Shown one piece after another: positions 1-9,386 of a stretch of DNA of 64,000 bases. Position 1 is the stretch's first letter. The number at the start of each line of letters is the position of its first letter. Below the pieces are notes generated by a model that searched no databases, was not told the origin of the DNA, and worked only from the letters and a program-made list of their open reading frames with translations. The DNA comes from an uncultured virus (IMG/VR IMGVR_UViG_2648501187_000001) (taxonomy: Duplodnaviria > Heunggongvirae > Uroviricota > Caudoviricetes). Position numbers and translations under genes: made by a program. The stretch lies in IMG/VR virus record IMGVR_UViG_2648501187_000001; one strand, written 5' to 3'.

Positions 1-1206
1 ATGGCGGACACAGGCGGACACACGACAAGACGAGACAAGGGAGCCGGCGCGATCACGAAACTCGGCAACGGCAGATACCGGGCGTTCGTCGAACTCTCCC
101 CCAACCCGGCCGACGGCTCCAGACGACGCACCAGCGCCACCGGCCACACCCGGACCGAAGCCCTGAACAACGCCCGCGCCAAAGCCCGCCGCATCGAGGA
201 GGACATCACCCTGGTGGACGAACCGCCCACCGTGAACGAATGGATGCGACGCTGGATCGACGAGATCGTGACCCCCAGACGCGCACCCAACACGACCCGG
301 TCATACCGGTTCCGCATCGAACACGACATCACCCCCGTCATCGGCGCCGTACGCATGGACAGGCTCAAACCCGCCCACATACGCCTCGTCGAACGCCACT
401 GCCTCGAAGGAAACCCCGCGAAAGGCATCCAGGGCAAATCCCCCGCCACGGCCGCCCTGACCCACACCGTCCTGTCCGAGGCATGCAAGGCCGCCGTCGC
501 CGAAGGCATCATCCGCAGCAACCCCGTGGACGCGGTCGAGAAGAACCGGGTGCCGCCCGCCCCAATCGCCACCCTCACCCCCGGACAGGCCGCCATGCTC
601 ATCCACGCCGAAACCGACCCGCGATGGAGCATCATCTGGCGGCTCCTGTTCATCACCGCACTGCGCGAAGGCGAAGCCCTGGGCGTCACGCGCAACGAGA
701 TCGTCCGCTCCGACGGACTGCCATGCCTGCTCGTCGAATGGCAGCTCAAGGAATTCGACGGCATCACGGACATGCCCGCCGGCTTCGAGGCCCGCCGGCT
801 CGACGGCCGCACATGGCTCACCAGACCCAAGACCAGATCCGGACGCCGGCTCATCCCCCTGCCCGCCGACCTCGCCGCCGACCTCGCCGCCTATACGGCC
901 GACCATCCCGACATCGACCCGGACACCCCATTGTTCCGCTCCGGCCGAGGCAACCCCATCCGCAAGGAAACACTCCAGAACGCATGGCGAAAAGCGTTGG
1001 AACGGGTGGGACTGCCCCGCGTGCGCGTCCACTCCGCACGCCACACGGCGGCCACCGCCATGGCGCGCATCGGCGTCTCCGACCTCGCCCGCCGTGCCAT
1101 CATCGGCCACGCCGACATCGGCACCACGGACGCCATCTACACGCACGTGGACGCCGGCATGCTCGCCGGAGCCATCGACGGCGTGGAACGCCTCATCGAA
1201 GGATAA
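1..1206 (+). CDS. Tyrosine recombinase / phage-type integrase
   Basis: 401 aa. N-terminal arm-binding-like region (GAITKLGNGRYRA), TALREGEALG (catalytic R), RPKT (K), VHSARH (H-x-x-R), IIGH...IYTH (catalytic Y). Confidence 0.95.
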   Translation: MADTGGHTTRRDKGAGAITKLGNGRYRAFVELSPNPADGSRRRTSATGHTRTEALNNARAKARRIEEDITLVDEPPTVNEWMRRWIDEIVTPRRAPNTTRSYRFRIEHDITPVIGAVRMDRLKPAHIRLVERHCLEGNPAKGIQGKSPATAALTHTVLSEACKAAVAEGIIRSNPVDAVEKNRVPPAPIATLTPGQAAMLIHAETDPRWSIIWRLLFITALREGEALGVTRNEIVRSDGLPCLLVEWQLKEFDGITDMPAGFEARRLDGRTWLTRPKTRSGRRLIPLPADLAADLAAYTADHPDIDPDTPLFRSGRGNPIRKETLQNAWRKALERVGLPRVRVHSARHTAATAMARIGVSDLARRAIIGHADIGTTDAIYTHVDAGMLAGAIDGVERLIEG

Positions 1207-1566
1207 TCAGTCGATCACCGCGAGATCGACGAGCCCGTCGCCCGTGGACACGGCCGCGCCCTTCAGATCCGCGTACCCGGATGCGACGCACCCGTCCATG
1301 ACCCGTTCGAGCAGCGCCCGCAGGACGCCGTCCAGTTCGGAGGCATCCTGCGGGCACAGGACGGGAACCTTCACGTCGAACGGTTTCACATACGCGGAAT
1401 GGACCATCAGGTCGATCCGCTCCACCGCGTCGCAGCCCCTCCTCACATCCACCGTCAACGGAATCAGGTTGCCGTCCTTGTCGGTCACATCCCAGCGCAG
1501 CGAACCAAGATACCTTGCCCAATCCCAATCGTCCCGCAGCACGGCCATGATATAACGCTCCCTCAT
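1207..1566 (-). CDS. Hypothetical protein
   Basis: 119-aa ORF convergent with the integrase. The start may be the downstream MAVLRDD, which follows an AGGGAG SD. Confidence 0.65.
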   Translation of the reverse strand: MRERYIMAVLRDDWDWARYLGSLRWDVTDKDGNLIPLTVDVRRGCDAVERIDLMVHSAYVKPFDVKVPVLCPQDASELDGVLRALLERVMDGCVASGYADLKGAAVSTGDGLVDLAVID

Positions 1567-1613
1567 ATCGTCCCGATATCATCGACGCCGGCATGCATGC
1601 GTCCCCGGCGATA

Positions 1614-2849
1614 TCAGAACAGCACCGGGTTCGTCGGCCTCGCCATCCGGCGGGCTATGAGCCGCACGTAATCCGGATCCATCTCCGCCGCCACGCACCG
1701 CACGTCCTCGATCCGGCACGCCTCCAACGTGGCGCCGCTGCCGGCGAACGGCTCCAACACGAGCCCGTCCGGCGGCGTGACCAGACGCACCAGCCAGCGC
1801 ATCAGTTCGACCGGTTTCACCGTCGGATGGAGGATACCGTCCACGGTCGGCCTCTCCCCCGGTCCCGCCTTCGGACAATACCGGAACACCGGGTAGAAGC
1901 GGGACGCGCCGCCGGCATCATCGTATTCCGCACCCGTATGGGTCATGCCCCAGCCGTCACCGGGTTTCGTGCTTGCGCGTGGTTTGCCTTTTCGACTGAC
2001 GGTGACGCCGGACTGCCGGTCGAGTGCCTTGGCCGCGGATCGGTCGAACAGCATGTTCGGCGCGAAACGGGCTTCGGCCGTGTAGTCGGCGCGATCCGCC
2101 TTGTCCGCACCGTATACATGGTTGTCGCGCGGCCCGGAGCCGAACCGTCCATGCTGGTTCTTGCCCTTCGACTCCGCCTCGTCCGCCATGTTGCGGAACG
2201 GGACGCGGCATGCGTCGATATGCAACGCGCCCGTCCCGTATTCGAGCAGATTGCGGGCGAGATTCCCGTCCAGGGGCTTGCGTGCGAGGCAGATGGGTTC
2301 GTGCGCGGGTTTCAGCTGACTGTACCAGCCGGACCATCGCTCCGCCTGTTCGGTGGCGGGCGCGAGCACATCCCATTCGGATTTCGCCTTCCCGCCGTTC
2401 GCTGTGCTGCTTCCCCAGCCTTTCACGTCCGAATATCCGACGCCCGCGGAACCATGCCCGACCACCTTGGTTCGTTCCGCGCCCAGCTCCCTGTCCACGA
2501 GCAGGCTCGCATCCGACCCGTGCGGCATGCCGGACGCGTACACCCAGTCGATCTGGTCGCGGATTTCGAAGCCCGCATCCTCGATCGCGCAGGCGAGCCG
2601 ATGATAGGTGCGGCTCGCGGCGAACGCGGCCACATGCCCTCCCGGCTTCAGAACGCGCAGGACATCCCGCCACAGATCCACGTCGAACGCGACGCCCGTC
2701 GAATCGAACGCACGGTTCATGAAACCGATCTCGTACGGCGGGTCCGTGACCACCGCATCCACACTGTCGTCCGGCAGCATGGCGATGAGGTCGCGGCAGT
2801 CGCCCGGCATCAGACGGATGCGGCCCCCGTCCCATTGCATAAGACTCAT
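1614..2849 (-). CDS. DNA N4/N6 methyltransferase (beta class), orphan
   Basis: Catalytic VVTDPPY near the N-terminus. HPTVKPVELMRWL and the SAM-binding VLEPFAGSGAT near the C-terminus. Confidence 0.93.
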   Translation of the reverse strand: MSLMQWDGGRIRLMPGDCRDLIAMLPDDSVDAVVTDPPYEIGFMNRAFDSTGVAFDVDLWRDVLRVLKPGGHVAAFAASRTYHRLACAIEDAGFEIRDQIDWVYASGMPHGSDASLLVDRELGAERTKVVGHGSAGVGYSDVKGWGSSTANGGKAKSEWDVLAPATEQAERWSGWYSQLKPAHEPICLARKPLDGNLARNLLEYGTGALHIDACRVPFRNMADEAESKGKNQHGRFGSGPRDNHVYGADKADRADYTAEARFAPNMLFDRSAAKALDRQSGVTVSRKGKPRASTKPGDGWGMTHTGAEYDDAGGASRFYPVFRYCPKAGPGERPTVDGILHPTVKPVELMRWLVRLVTPPDGLVLEPFAGSGATLEACRIEDVRCVAAEMDPDYVRLIARRMARPTNPVLF

Positions 2850-3127
2850 GGCTCCACGTATGCGTTCCCGCCATGCAGGCGCGCGCCGGGCATGAGCGCG
2901 CGGGGACGCGCATCCACGTAGGCGAGCCGACGGCTGTCGCCCGGATAGGTGCGCACGTTGCCTCCCCCATCCCGGGTCTCGTAATAGACGACCGTCACCG
3001 GCATGCCGTTCAGGCTCGCATCATCCCAGCCGACCACCCTGACCGGCATGCCGCCCGGCCCGTAGCCTCCCGACAGGAGAAGCCTTTCCAACAGCCTCTC
3101 CCCCATATCGCGTCTCGAAACAACCAT
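2846..3127 (-). CDS. Hypothetical protein
   Basis: Stop overlaps the MTase start (ATGA). Start placed at the ATG at 3127, 8 nt after the dispersed promoter-like motif. Confidence 0.6.
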   Translation of the reverse strand: MVVSRRDMGERLLERLLLSGGYGPGGMPVRVVGWDDASLNGMPVTVVYYETRDGGGNVRTYPGDSRRLAYVDARPRALMPGARLHGGNAYVEP

Positions 3128-3257
3128 GGGAAACGGTATGCGCCACCCGGCTCCATGCAAATCCGAAGCCCCCACGTTGGCCGGTCATCCGGCGAAAACG
3201 AGCCGCCACGGGGCCGGTCCCGAACCGGACGATCATCCCATCCGGACGATGTACGGC

Positions 3258-3565
3258 TCAGTCGTCGCCTTTGGCCCTGTTGCACGCCTTGCACAGCCAA
3301 CGGCAGTTGTCGGGCACGGTGCGCCCGCCCTTCGACCAGGCGATGACAAGGTCGGCCTCCCCCTCCTCGACATCGGCGAACGCTTTGCCGCATGCGGGGC
3401 AGATGCGGTTCTGCCGTTCGAATGCGGCGCGCCTGTCCGCTTCCCTGAATTTGCGGATGCTCAGGACGCGTTCACCCCCCGGCACGTACGAGTAGACGCC
3501 CGTCTTGGCGGTCACGTCATCATCGGCCATGAGCGTCGCGATCCGCACCTCCGGATCGGCATAGA
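3258..3565 (-). pseudogene. C-terminal HNH fragment of a DUF262/GmrSD-like HNH protein, degenerate
   Basis: LMADDDVTAKTGVYSY...ERQNRICPACGK...EADLVIAWSKGGRT...NCRWLCKACNRAK. The expected EADH His is Leu, and the N-terminal domain is absent. Confidence 0.7.
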
Positions 3566-3622
3566 ACCGGGCGCGTCCGACACGGGCGCGGAAACACGAA
3601 AAATCGAAAGGCAGAGAAACCA

Positions 3623-4093
3623 ATGAGCGACTTCACCGTCAACGTCACGTCCACACCCACGCCGGCATCGACGCCGGCGGCCGAGCCCGCCCGGCATGCG
3701 AGCCTGAACACGCGGCGCGGGCTTGCCAAATACATTCTGCTCGGCCTGATCACGTTCGGCATCTACGACCTGTGGCAGATGAGCGAGATCACCGATACGG
3801 TGAACCTGATCTGCACGAAGCGGGACGGCAAACGCACCATGCACTACCTGCTCATGTTCTTCCTCGTCGGCTGGATCACGTTCGGCATCGGCTGGCTCGT
3901 CTGGGGACACCGGCTGAGCGCCCGCATCGGCGTGGAGCAGGCCGCCCGCCGACTGCCCGTCACCATGACCGCAGGCACGTTCTGGCTATGGAACATCCTC
4001 GGCGCGTTCATCATCATCGGCCCGCTCGTCTACACGTACAAGCTACTGCACGCCATGAACGATCTGTGCGCCGACTACAACCAGCGCGGCTAG
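3623..4093 (+). CDS. DUF4234-like membrane protein
   Basis: LLGLITFGIYDLW...GWITFGIGWLVW...AMNDLC pattern, several TM helices, GAAAGG SD. Confidence 0.8.
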   Translation: MSDFTVNVTSTPTPASTPAAEPARHASLNTRRGLAKYILLGLITFGIYDLWQMSEITDTVNLICTKRDGKRTMHYLLMFFLVGWITFGIGWLVWGHRLSARIGVEQAARRLPVTMTAGTFWLWNILGAFIIIGPLVYTYKLLHAMNDLCADYNQRG

Positions 4094-4100
4094 ACGGCCG

Positions 4101-4592
4101 TCAATCCTCCCTGCGATCCTCCCGGTATCCATCCGACGCGACATGGTCGAGCACGAAAGCCGCGATCTGGTCGCGCAGCTTCGGGAAAGTCTCCTTGCCG
4201 GTCGTTTGACGCCGGTCCATGATCCATGCGAACACGCAGGTGAGAATAAAGCCGCCCATCAGGCCGTACACGTCGATGTCGGCCCGCTGGCGGAGAGACA
4301 GTGCGATGCCGGCCGCCCACCATCCGATGCACAGCATGATGCCGAGCGCGTGCAGGATGATGGCGAACGGCGTCTTGTCGACTTCCACGATGTCCAGCCA
4401 GCACTGCAATCCAAGGACGATGAGCAGGAACGCGACAAGCCACAACGGCGCCTGAAGGATTCCGACGAGCAGCGGCGTATGGTTCGCGGCCAGCCACGCG
4501 AGTATCGGCCCGCGGTTGAACGCGAACACCAACGCCATGACGAACAGGATGATCGCCGTCCACGCGAGACGGCGCACGGTTTCCAGGCTCAT
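4101..4592 (-). CDS. Membrane protein
   Basis: Four hydrophobic segments. SD (GAAGGGGG) before MSLETVRR. Confidence 0.7.
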   Translation of the reverse strand: MSLETVRRLAWTAIILFVMALVFAFNRGPILAWLAANHTPLLVGILQAPLWLVAFLLIVLGLQCWLDIVEVDKTPFAIILHALGIMLCIGWWAAGIALSLRQRADIDVYGLMGGFILTCVFAWIMDRRQTTGKETFPKLRDQIAAFVLDHVASDGYREDRRED

Positions 4593-4641
4593 GATTCCCC
4601 CTTCTGTCGCCTTTCCTTCTTTTTCCCAAATAACCCGAACA

Positions 4642-5004
4642 TCATCGGTTTCCTTCCTGATTGTCGAAACCGCCTTCCGGCCCGTAGTCGCTATCATCCA
4701 ACGTCCATTCGCTTGTCCCGTCCGGCCCGGTCTCGAATGCGATGGTCGTGTTGCAGAACCCGCAGCGTTCCACGGTGATGGAGGTGCGTCCGTCGGCCGT
4801 CAATCCCTGCGCCCACCATGGCTGGAACGGGTGCCCGCATCCGGAACACGGTTGCGGATCACGTCGCAAGCCGTTGTTCTCGCAGGGGAACAGTGCTCGG
4901 GCTTCGATGGGCTGATGCCACCCATGCCAATCGACGGGCCGTCCGTCCCATGCGGGCGGCAGCCGAAAGTCGGTCAGGTCGGCCGGCCATTCCAGAATGT
5001 TCAA
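4642..5004 (-). CDS. Hypothetical Cys-pair (zinc-binding) protein
   Basis: CSGC and CGFC pairs. TTG start overlaps the stop of the upstream gene. Confidence 0.6.
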   Translation of the reverse strand: MNILEWPADLTDFRLPPAWDGRPVDWHGWHQPIEARALFPCENNGLRRDPQPCSGCGHPFQPWWAQGLTADGRTSITVERCGFCNTTIAFETGPDGTSEWTLDDSDYGPEGGFDNQEGNR

Positions 5005-5537
5005 TGGTCCAGCTCCTTTTCGTATTCGTCGATGATTCGCTGGACGTCCTCGCCGGTCCAGAAACCGTAATGGTCGAGCCTTGCGGCGACCGCCTGAATC
5101 AGGGGCTTGTTGTTCCTTGCCGCGAGCCGCGCCCTGACCCACAATGAGTCCATGATCTCGTCGGTGGAGCCCATCGCCGGGTCGATACGGTGGATGATCG
5201 CCGCGTTCACCAGCTCCATTTGCACGTCGCCGCCGATGCGGAGCGCGTCGGTCCGGTATTCCGGATATTCCAGGGTCACGGCGAACCCGGCCATGGAGAT
5301 GATCGTCTCCGTCTGCAATCGGACGGACATATCATCGTCCATACCGGTGGCATGCTGCTGGCTGGTCTCTCCGGTATCGTCCTCCCGCAGCATGATTCCT
5401 TGTTGCGTGTATCCGAACCGATAGCCGACCACCGCATGCCCGGCCTCGTGCAGGCGGACGCGCATTGGCGGTTCGGGCGGCTTGGAATGGCGGACTGCCC
5501 GGAGTTTCGCGACCCACCAGTCGTATGTGCTTATCAT
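5001..5537 (-). CDS. Zincin-like protein (peptidase M41-like HEAGH)
   Basis: VRLHEAGHAVVG followed by SMAG...E...GGD, as in stand-alone FtsH protease-domain proteins. Confidence 0.7.
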   Translation of the reverse strand: MISTYDWWVAKLRAVRHSKPPEPPMRVRLHEAGHAVVGYRFGYTQQGIMLREDDTGETSQQHATGMDDDMSVRLQTETIISMAGFAVTLEYPEYRTDALRIGGDVQMELVNAAIIHRIDPAMGSTDEIMDSLWVRARLAARNNKPLIQAVAARLDHYGFWTGEDVQRIIDEYEKELDH

Positions 5538-6130
5538 CGCCTGCCTCCCGTCATCACGTCCAATATGACGGCCAATGGCACGACATCATGGTTGGCGTGC
5601 GTCTTGCATACGGGACCGTACCAGCCGGTTTCGGGCATATCCTCACAGTCGGGGCCGTCCGTCCGCATCCAACGGCGGATCGCGACCACGGGTTTGCCGC
5701 AGGATTCGTAGTCGCCGTCGCGGGATACGCCGGCCGTGCATCCTAGACGCAGCCAGGACGGGTCGTATGCGGCGAAGACGCGCATCGGGTCGTATGGCAA
5801 TACGCCCGATAGCGGTGGCATGAGCGACGGATCATGCTTCCAGCAGCCGGCATCGGCCACGGCCTTCAACACCTCCGATAGCGGGACGACATCATGGTTG
5901 GCATGCAGCTTGCACGCGGGCCCGTATACGCCCTCCTCGGGCAGAAGCCCGCTGTCGTCGTACCCGTCGTCGCGCGTCCAACGGCGAATCGCCACAGGCG
6001 GTTTGCCACACATGTCGAAGTTCTCGCCTTTCCAGCATCCGGCCGCGCAGCCGAGCCGCAGGGCCAACGGGTTGCATTGTTCGGCGATGAGCTTCGGATC
6101 ATACGGCAATGGCTGTTTGGTTTCACTCAT
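5534..6130 (-). CDS. Protein of two tandem C-x12-C...C-x2-H zinc-finger-like domains
   Basis: LPYDP...LRLGC-x12-CGKPxVAIRRW...YGPxCKxHANHDVVPL occurs twice. GGAAAGGGGAG SD. Confidence 0.8.
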   Translation of the reverse strand: MSETKQPLPYDPKLIAEQCNPLALRLGCAAGCWKGENFDMCGKPPVAIRRWTRDDGYDDSGLLPEEGVYGPACKLHANHDVVPLSEVLKAVADAGCWKHDPSLMPPLSGVLPYDPMRVFAAYDPSWLRLGCTAGVSRDGDYESCGKPVVAIRRWMRTDGPDCEDMPETGWYGPVCKTHANHDVVPLAVILDVMTGGRR

Positions 6131-6169
6131 AGTCTCGGCTCCCCTTTCCGCTGTGATATGCGTTCGCGG

Positions 6170-6260
6170 TTGACTTCCTCCCCCGACTGAAGTCGGGGGA
6201 TTCTTCCCCTCGCGGGGAGGAGTTTCCTGTGGGTTTAGACGATCCACGCTCTTTGGGTGT
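6170..6260 (-). mobile_element. Orphan IS200/IS605-family right end with 3' part of an omega-RNA-like scaffold
   Basis: Minus strand reads CAGGAAACTCCTCCCCGCGAGGGGAAGAATCCCCCGACTTCAGTCGGGGGAGGAAGTCAA, a subterminal hairpin plus terminal TCAA like the intact element end at 27273. Confidence 0.75.
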
Positions 6261-6542
6261 GAATCATCCAGTCGAACATCGCCGCAGGCAGGCAGGCCTC
6301 CAGGTCGCCGACATCGAACCGGCGGTGGTATCCGACCCAGCCGCGCAACGCGTTCAGGACCTCCGTCACTGGTACCACGTCGCGTCTGGCGTGCGGCTTG
6401 CATACCGGGGAGTACAGGTCGCCCTTGGAATCGATCGCGTCGTCGAGCAGACGATCAGACTCCCGCTCCCCCATCGGCGCACCGCAACCGGCGGACGGCC
6501 GCAAACGGCCAGGTCGGCATCCGAGAACACGCTCGCGCCGCA
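6235..6542 (-). pseudogene. Frameshifted third copy of the zinc-finger-like domain
   Basis: CGASVFSDADLAVCGRPPVAVRRW in one frame and LYSPVCKPHARRDVVPV in another. The shift falls at or just after the G-run following TGG. Confidence 0.7.
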
Positions 6543-7184
6543 TCACGTCCCCCAGCCGACCGGGATGTCCGCGCTTTTCGCCGTCTCCAACAGAAGCCGG
6601 AACAGCTGGATGGCATCTTCCTTGCCTTCCATGGGGTCGAACCGGATGCCGTCATTCTCCGCCATGGCGGTCTCCAACATGGAAGCCACCTGACTGTCCG
6701 CGCCGACGAACGCGAGCCCGGAACCGGCTTCCACCCACGCCTCGCGGATCGTATTCCAACGGAAGTTCAGATACCGGCCGAATCCACGGAGGACATCCGC
6801 GCCGATCCACATGGAGCGGCAGCAGGCCAGGAACTCCGCCGACGTGATATTGACGTTGAAGCCGTTCGATGTATCGCCCATCATGAATCCCACCTGGTCG
6901 CCGTCCTTCCCCTCCACGAACGGGACGAGGGTGGCGAGGACGGCGGCAAGAAGGGCGAGCAGTGCGTGATCGCCGTCCTTCAACGGTGTCCGCTCCCCGT
7001 TCACGATGCTCATGTTGACATGGTTGAACGCGTCGACGATGGCGGCGGACTCCTCGAAGGCGGCGGGAATTTCCCCGTCCCCGCTCATGTGGAACGTGCC
7101 GTCTGGGTCGAATTCCCAATCATATTCGACCGGATTGTTGCCGGTCTCGTCGTTGGTTTCTACGATGATGCGTTCGACGCTCAT
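6543..7184 (-). CDS. Hypothetical acidic protein
   Basis: 213 aa, AAGGAG SD, translationally coupled to its neighbours. Confidence 0.75.
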   Translation of the reverse strand: MSVERIIVETNDETGNNPVEYDWEFDPDGTFHMSGDGEIPAAFEESAAIVDAFNHVNMSIVNGERTPLKDGDHALLALLAAVLATLVPFVEGKDGDQVGFMMGDTSNGFNVNITSAEFLACCRSMWIGADVLRGFGRYLNFRWNTIREAWVEAGSGLAFVGADSQVASMLETAMAENDGIRFDPMEGKEDAIQLFRLLLETAKSADIPVGWGT

Positions 7185-7774
7185 TGCTTCTCCTTGTCCA
7201 ATACGGTTCTGGATACTTTCAGATATCGTGTGCCGCCCGACTGGCGTAGCTGGCGGTTGTTGATGCTGTCGATGACCGGGGCTGGGGGATCCGTATACGA
7301 TTCATGCGCCCGGACGATCACATGATGATTCGGGTTGAACCCGGAGTACAGGTGCGTGATCGCGAAGGTCGCCGATAGTACGTCCAGATCCTTGAAATCG
7401 TAGATGGTGTCCGTTCGGAACCCGTCGATGCCGGTCGGCGGTTCGACCGGTTCGAGACCATGGACGCCGAACATCGCCACCCTGACCCTCATGTCCGGAT
7501 CATGCTCGAACAGGTGCGCATATTCGTCGCGCAGCACATCATATTCGGCTATCGCCCGTTTCGCGGTCATCGGCATGCTCTCCGGGTCGGCAAGCATACG
7601 TTTCACGAACGCAATGCCCTCGTCGGTGATGATCCGGTCATGCTGCCCGAAATCGACCAAGCCGCGTTCCTTCAACGCGTCGAAACCATAGGGGCCGGTA
7701 TACCACGAGTCTTCCTTGAGCCTGTCGACGGCGAAAAACAGCATGGCGTACTGGGCTTTCGTGATGCTCTTCAT
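7181..7774 (-). CDS. Hypothetical protein
   Basis: Coupled ORF (ATGA overlaps) starting MKSITK. Confidence 0.7.
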   Translation of the reverse strand: MKSITKAQYAMLFFAVDRLKEDSWYTGPYGFDALKERGLVDFGQHDRIITDEGIAFVKRMLADPESMPMTAKRAIAEYDVLRDEYAHLFEHDPDMRVRVAMFGVHGLEPVEPPTGIDGFRTDTIYDFKDLDVLSATFAITHLYSGFNPNHHVIVRAHESYTDPPAPVIDSINNRQLRQSGGTRYLKVSRTVLDKEKQ

Positions 7775-8547
7775 CGATTGTCCCCCGTCCATTGGCTCAG
7801 GTATCCGCGCACGTCGGCCGCCGTGCCCTCCCTGTCGGAGTCGAAGCCGTCCGGCTGCCAGGTGCCGTCTGACATGATCAGCAGGTCCAGACTGATGGGA
7901 TGGTCTTCCGCACCTTGGCTTTGGAATATGACGGCGCCGGTTTCGACCGGGTCGCCGTTCGAGAACAGGTCATCCCAGTACACGTCATCCGCCTCCAATG
8001 CCTCGACCCTGCCAAGACCGGCGACGGTCTTCCGGTAGCCATCGAGAATCTTCCCGCGATTTCTGACCGCTTCGATCAGCCGACTTGCCGCATGCGTCGG
8101 ATCGGCGGACAATAATGCACGGAACACGCTCTCGCCGATCTCAAAGACGAGATAGTCCGGATCCGAGGAGCGCGTGGCGGGGATACCTGAATCGTTCAAC
8201 CGTTTCACGGCCTTGTCGGCCTCTGTCATGGCCCGTCGTCCTTCCGCCTGTTCGCGGCGGGCGTCATGGGCTTGTAGTTCGGGCCCATCATCCGTCCATG
8301 CGTTCCCGTAGTTGCTCGTGTGCTGTCCGTGCAATGCGAGCAGGGTGCCGGCGTGGTGTTCGCACAGGTCGAGCGTCCGGTTGATGATCCGGGTGCGCGT
8401 GCCGCCGAAATAGGAGCCGTCGTCGTAATTGTCCTGTGCGATGACGGGAAAGCTCACTCCCCAGTACATTGGATTTTCGGCCATGCTCGCACAGCCGGCG
8501 ATATCACAGGAATGCCGTTCGACGGCGGGCTTGGTGATGTTTGCCAT
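7771..8547 (-). CDS. Hypothetical protein (possible fusion of two small genes)
   Basis: AAGGA SD. N-terminal CDIAGC...CEHH. An internal GGAAGG SD precedes MTEADK. Confidence 0.65.
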   Translation of the reverse strand: MANITKPAVERHSCDIAGCASMAENPMYWGVSFPVIAQDNYDDGSYFGGTRTRIINRTLDLCEHHAGTLLALHGQHTSNYGNAWTDDGPELQAHDARREQAEGRRAMTEADKAVKRLNDSGIPATRSSDPDYLVFEIGESVFRALLSADPTHAASRLIEAVRNRGKILDGYRKTVAGLGRVEALEADDVYWDDLFSNGDPVETGAVIFQSQGAEDHPISLDLLIMSDGTWQPDGFDSDREGTAADVRGYLSQWTGDNR

Positions 8548-8651
8548 TGATTAGTCCTTCTTGTTTTCCGGGATGTCGCTGCCGTAGCGTTCCAATGACT
8601 CATTGATATCGTGCACCAGTTCGCGTAGATATTCTACCTGCTCCTTATTCT

Positions 8652-9062
8652 CTAATGGCAGTATTCGCAGTAGCCGTAATCATCGTCCGCCATGTTGTCC
8701 CAATTCAGAAGAGCACCGCAGCCCGCGCAACGTTCGCACACGCACTTGTCGGATTCCCGCCCGCAGTATGGGCAACGGTTCCAAATGTCCTCCGCGATGG
8801 CTTCCGGGTCGGCTGAATCGTATTCATGCGTCCAATCCGGCTCGGGCATGGTCTTGTATTCGTACGGATTGTCCGACCATGCCATAACGGACACCTTGCC
8901 CGCCTTGTTTATAGTGACGCGGGCGAGGCCGGTGTGCTCGCCGTCATACTGGTCTCGCAGTCGGCATTCCAGCACGCCGTCCTTCAGTTGAGTCCAATCG
9001 TTTTCGTATTCGAGGGCCTTGCTGATTTCGGACAGCATATCGACGGCGATGAAACCGGTCAT
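8652..9062 (-). CDS. Hypothetical protein with Cys-rich C-terminus
   Basis: MTGFIAV...CPYC...CVCERCAGC...CEYC. GGAG SD. Confidence 0.7.
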   Translation of the reverse strand: MTGFIAVDMLSEISKALEYENDWTQLKDGVLECRLRDQYDGEHTGLARVTINKAGKVSVMAWSDNPYEYKTMPEPDWTHEYDSADPEAIAEDIWNRCPYCGRESDKCVCERCAGCGALLNWDNMADDDYGYCEYCH

Positions 9063-9088
9063 TTCTCCACTCCTTTTTCCTTTCTGCC

Positions 9089-9292
9089 TTACTGCGGAAC
9101 GTTTTCTAACGGCACGAGTTCGGCACCGGCCTGTTTGGCGTGCCGCTGGCAGACGCCGCCGAAGCTTTCCCCGTCGCCCTCCAGCCATCGGCGGATTGCC
9201 ACAATGGGTTTGCCGCACGGGTACATCCAACCGTCCGAATCGACCACGGTATGGGCGCAGCCAATGTCCATGAGTTCTGTGAGGTTCAACAT
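9089..9292 (-). CDS. Stand-alone copy of the C-x13-C...C-x2-H zinc-finger-like domain
   Basis: IGC...CGKPIVAIRRW...GGVCQRHA...LVPL, paralogous to 5534-6130. Confidence 0.75.
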   Translation of the reverse strand: MLNLTELMDIGCAHTVVDSDGWMYPCGKPIVAIRRWLEGDGESFGGVCQRHAKQAGAELVPLENVPQ

Positions 9293-9386
9293 GATTCATC
9301 CTTTCCAAAGTTGAATGCTCTGCCATAGTTTGAATCGCTCGGCTATTGCCTTCGGAGATTGCCCAAACGCATTCTCATCGTCCTCT

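Noticed and set aside
1593..2921. 442-aa plus-strand ORF
   Set aside because: Antisense shadow of the methyltransferase, typical of high-GC DNA, with no motifs.
6540..6546. Programmed TGA readthrough via a suppressor or Sec tRNA
   Set aside because: No TCA-anticodon tRNA in the array, and the downstream domain is also frameshifted and cut by an IS end.
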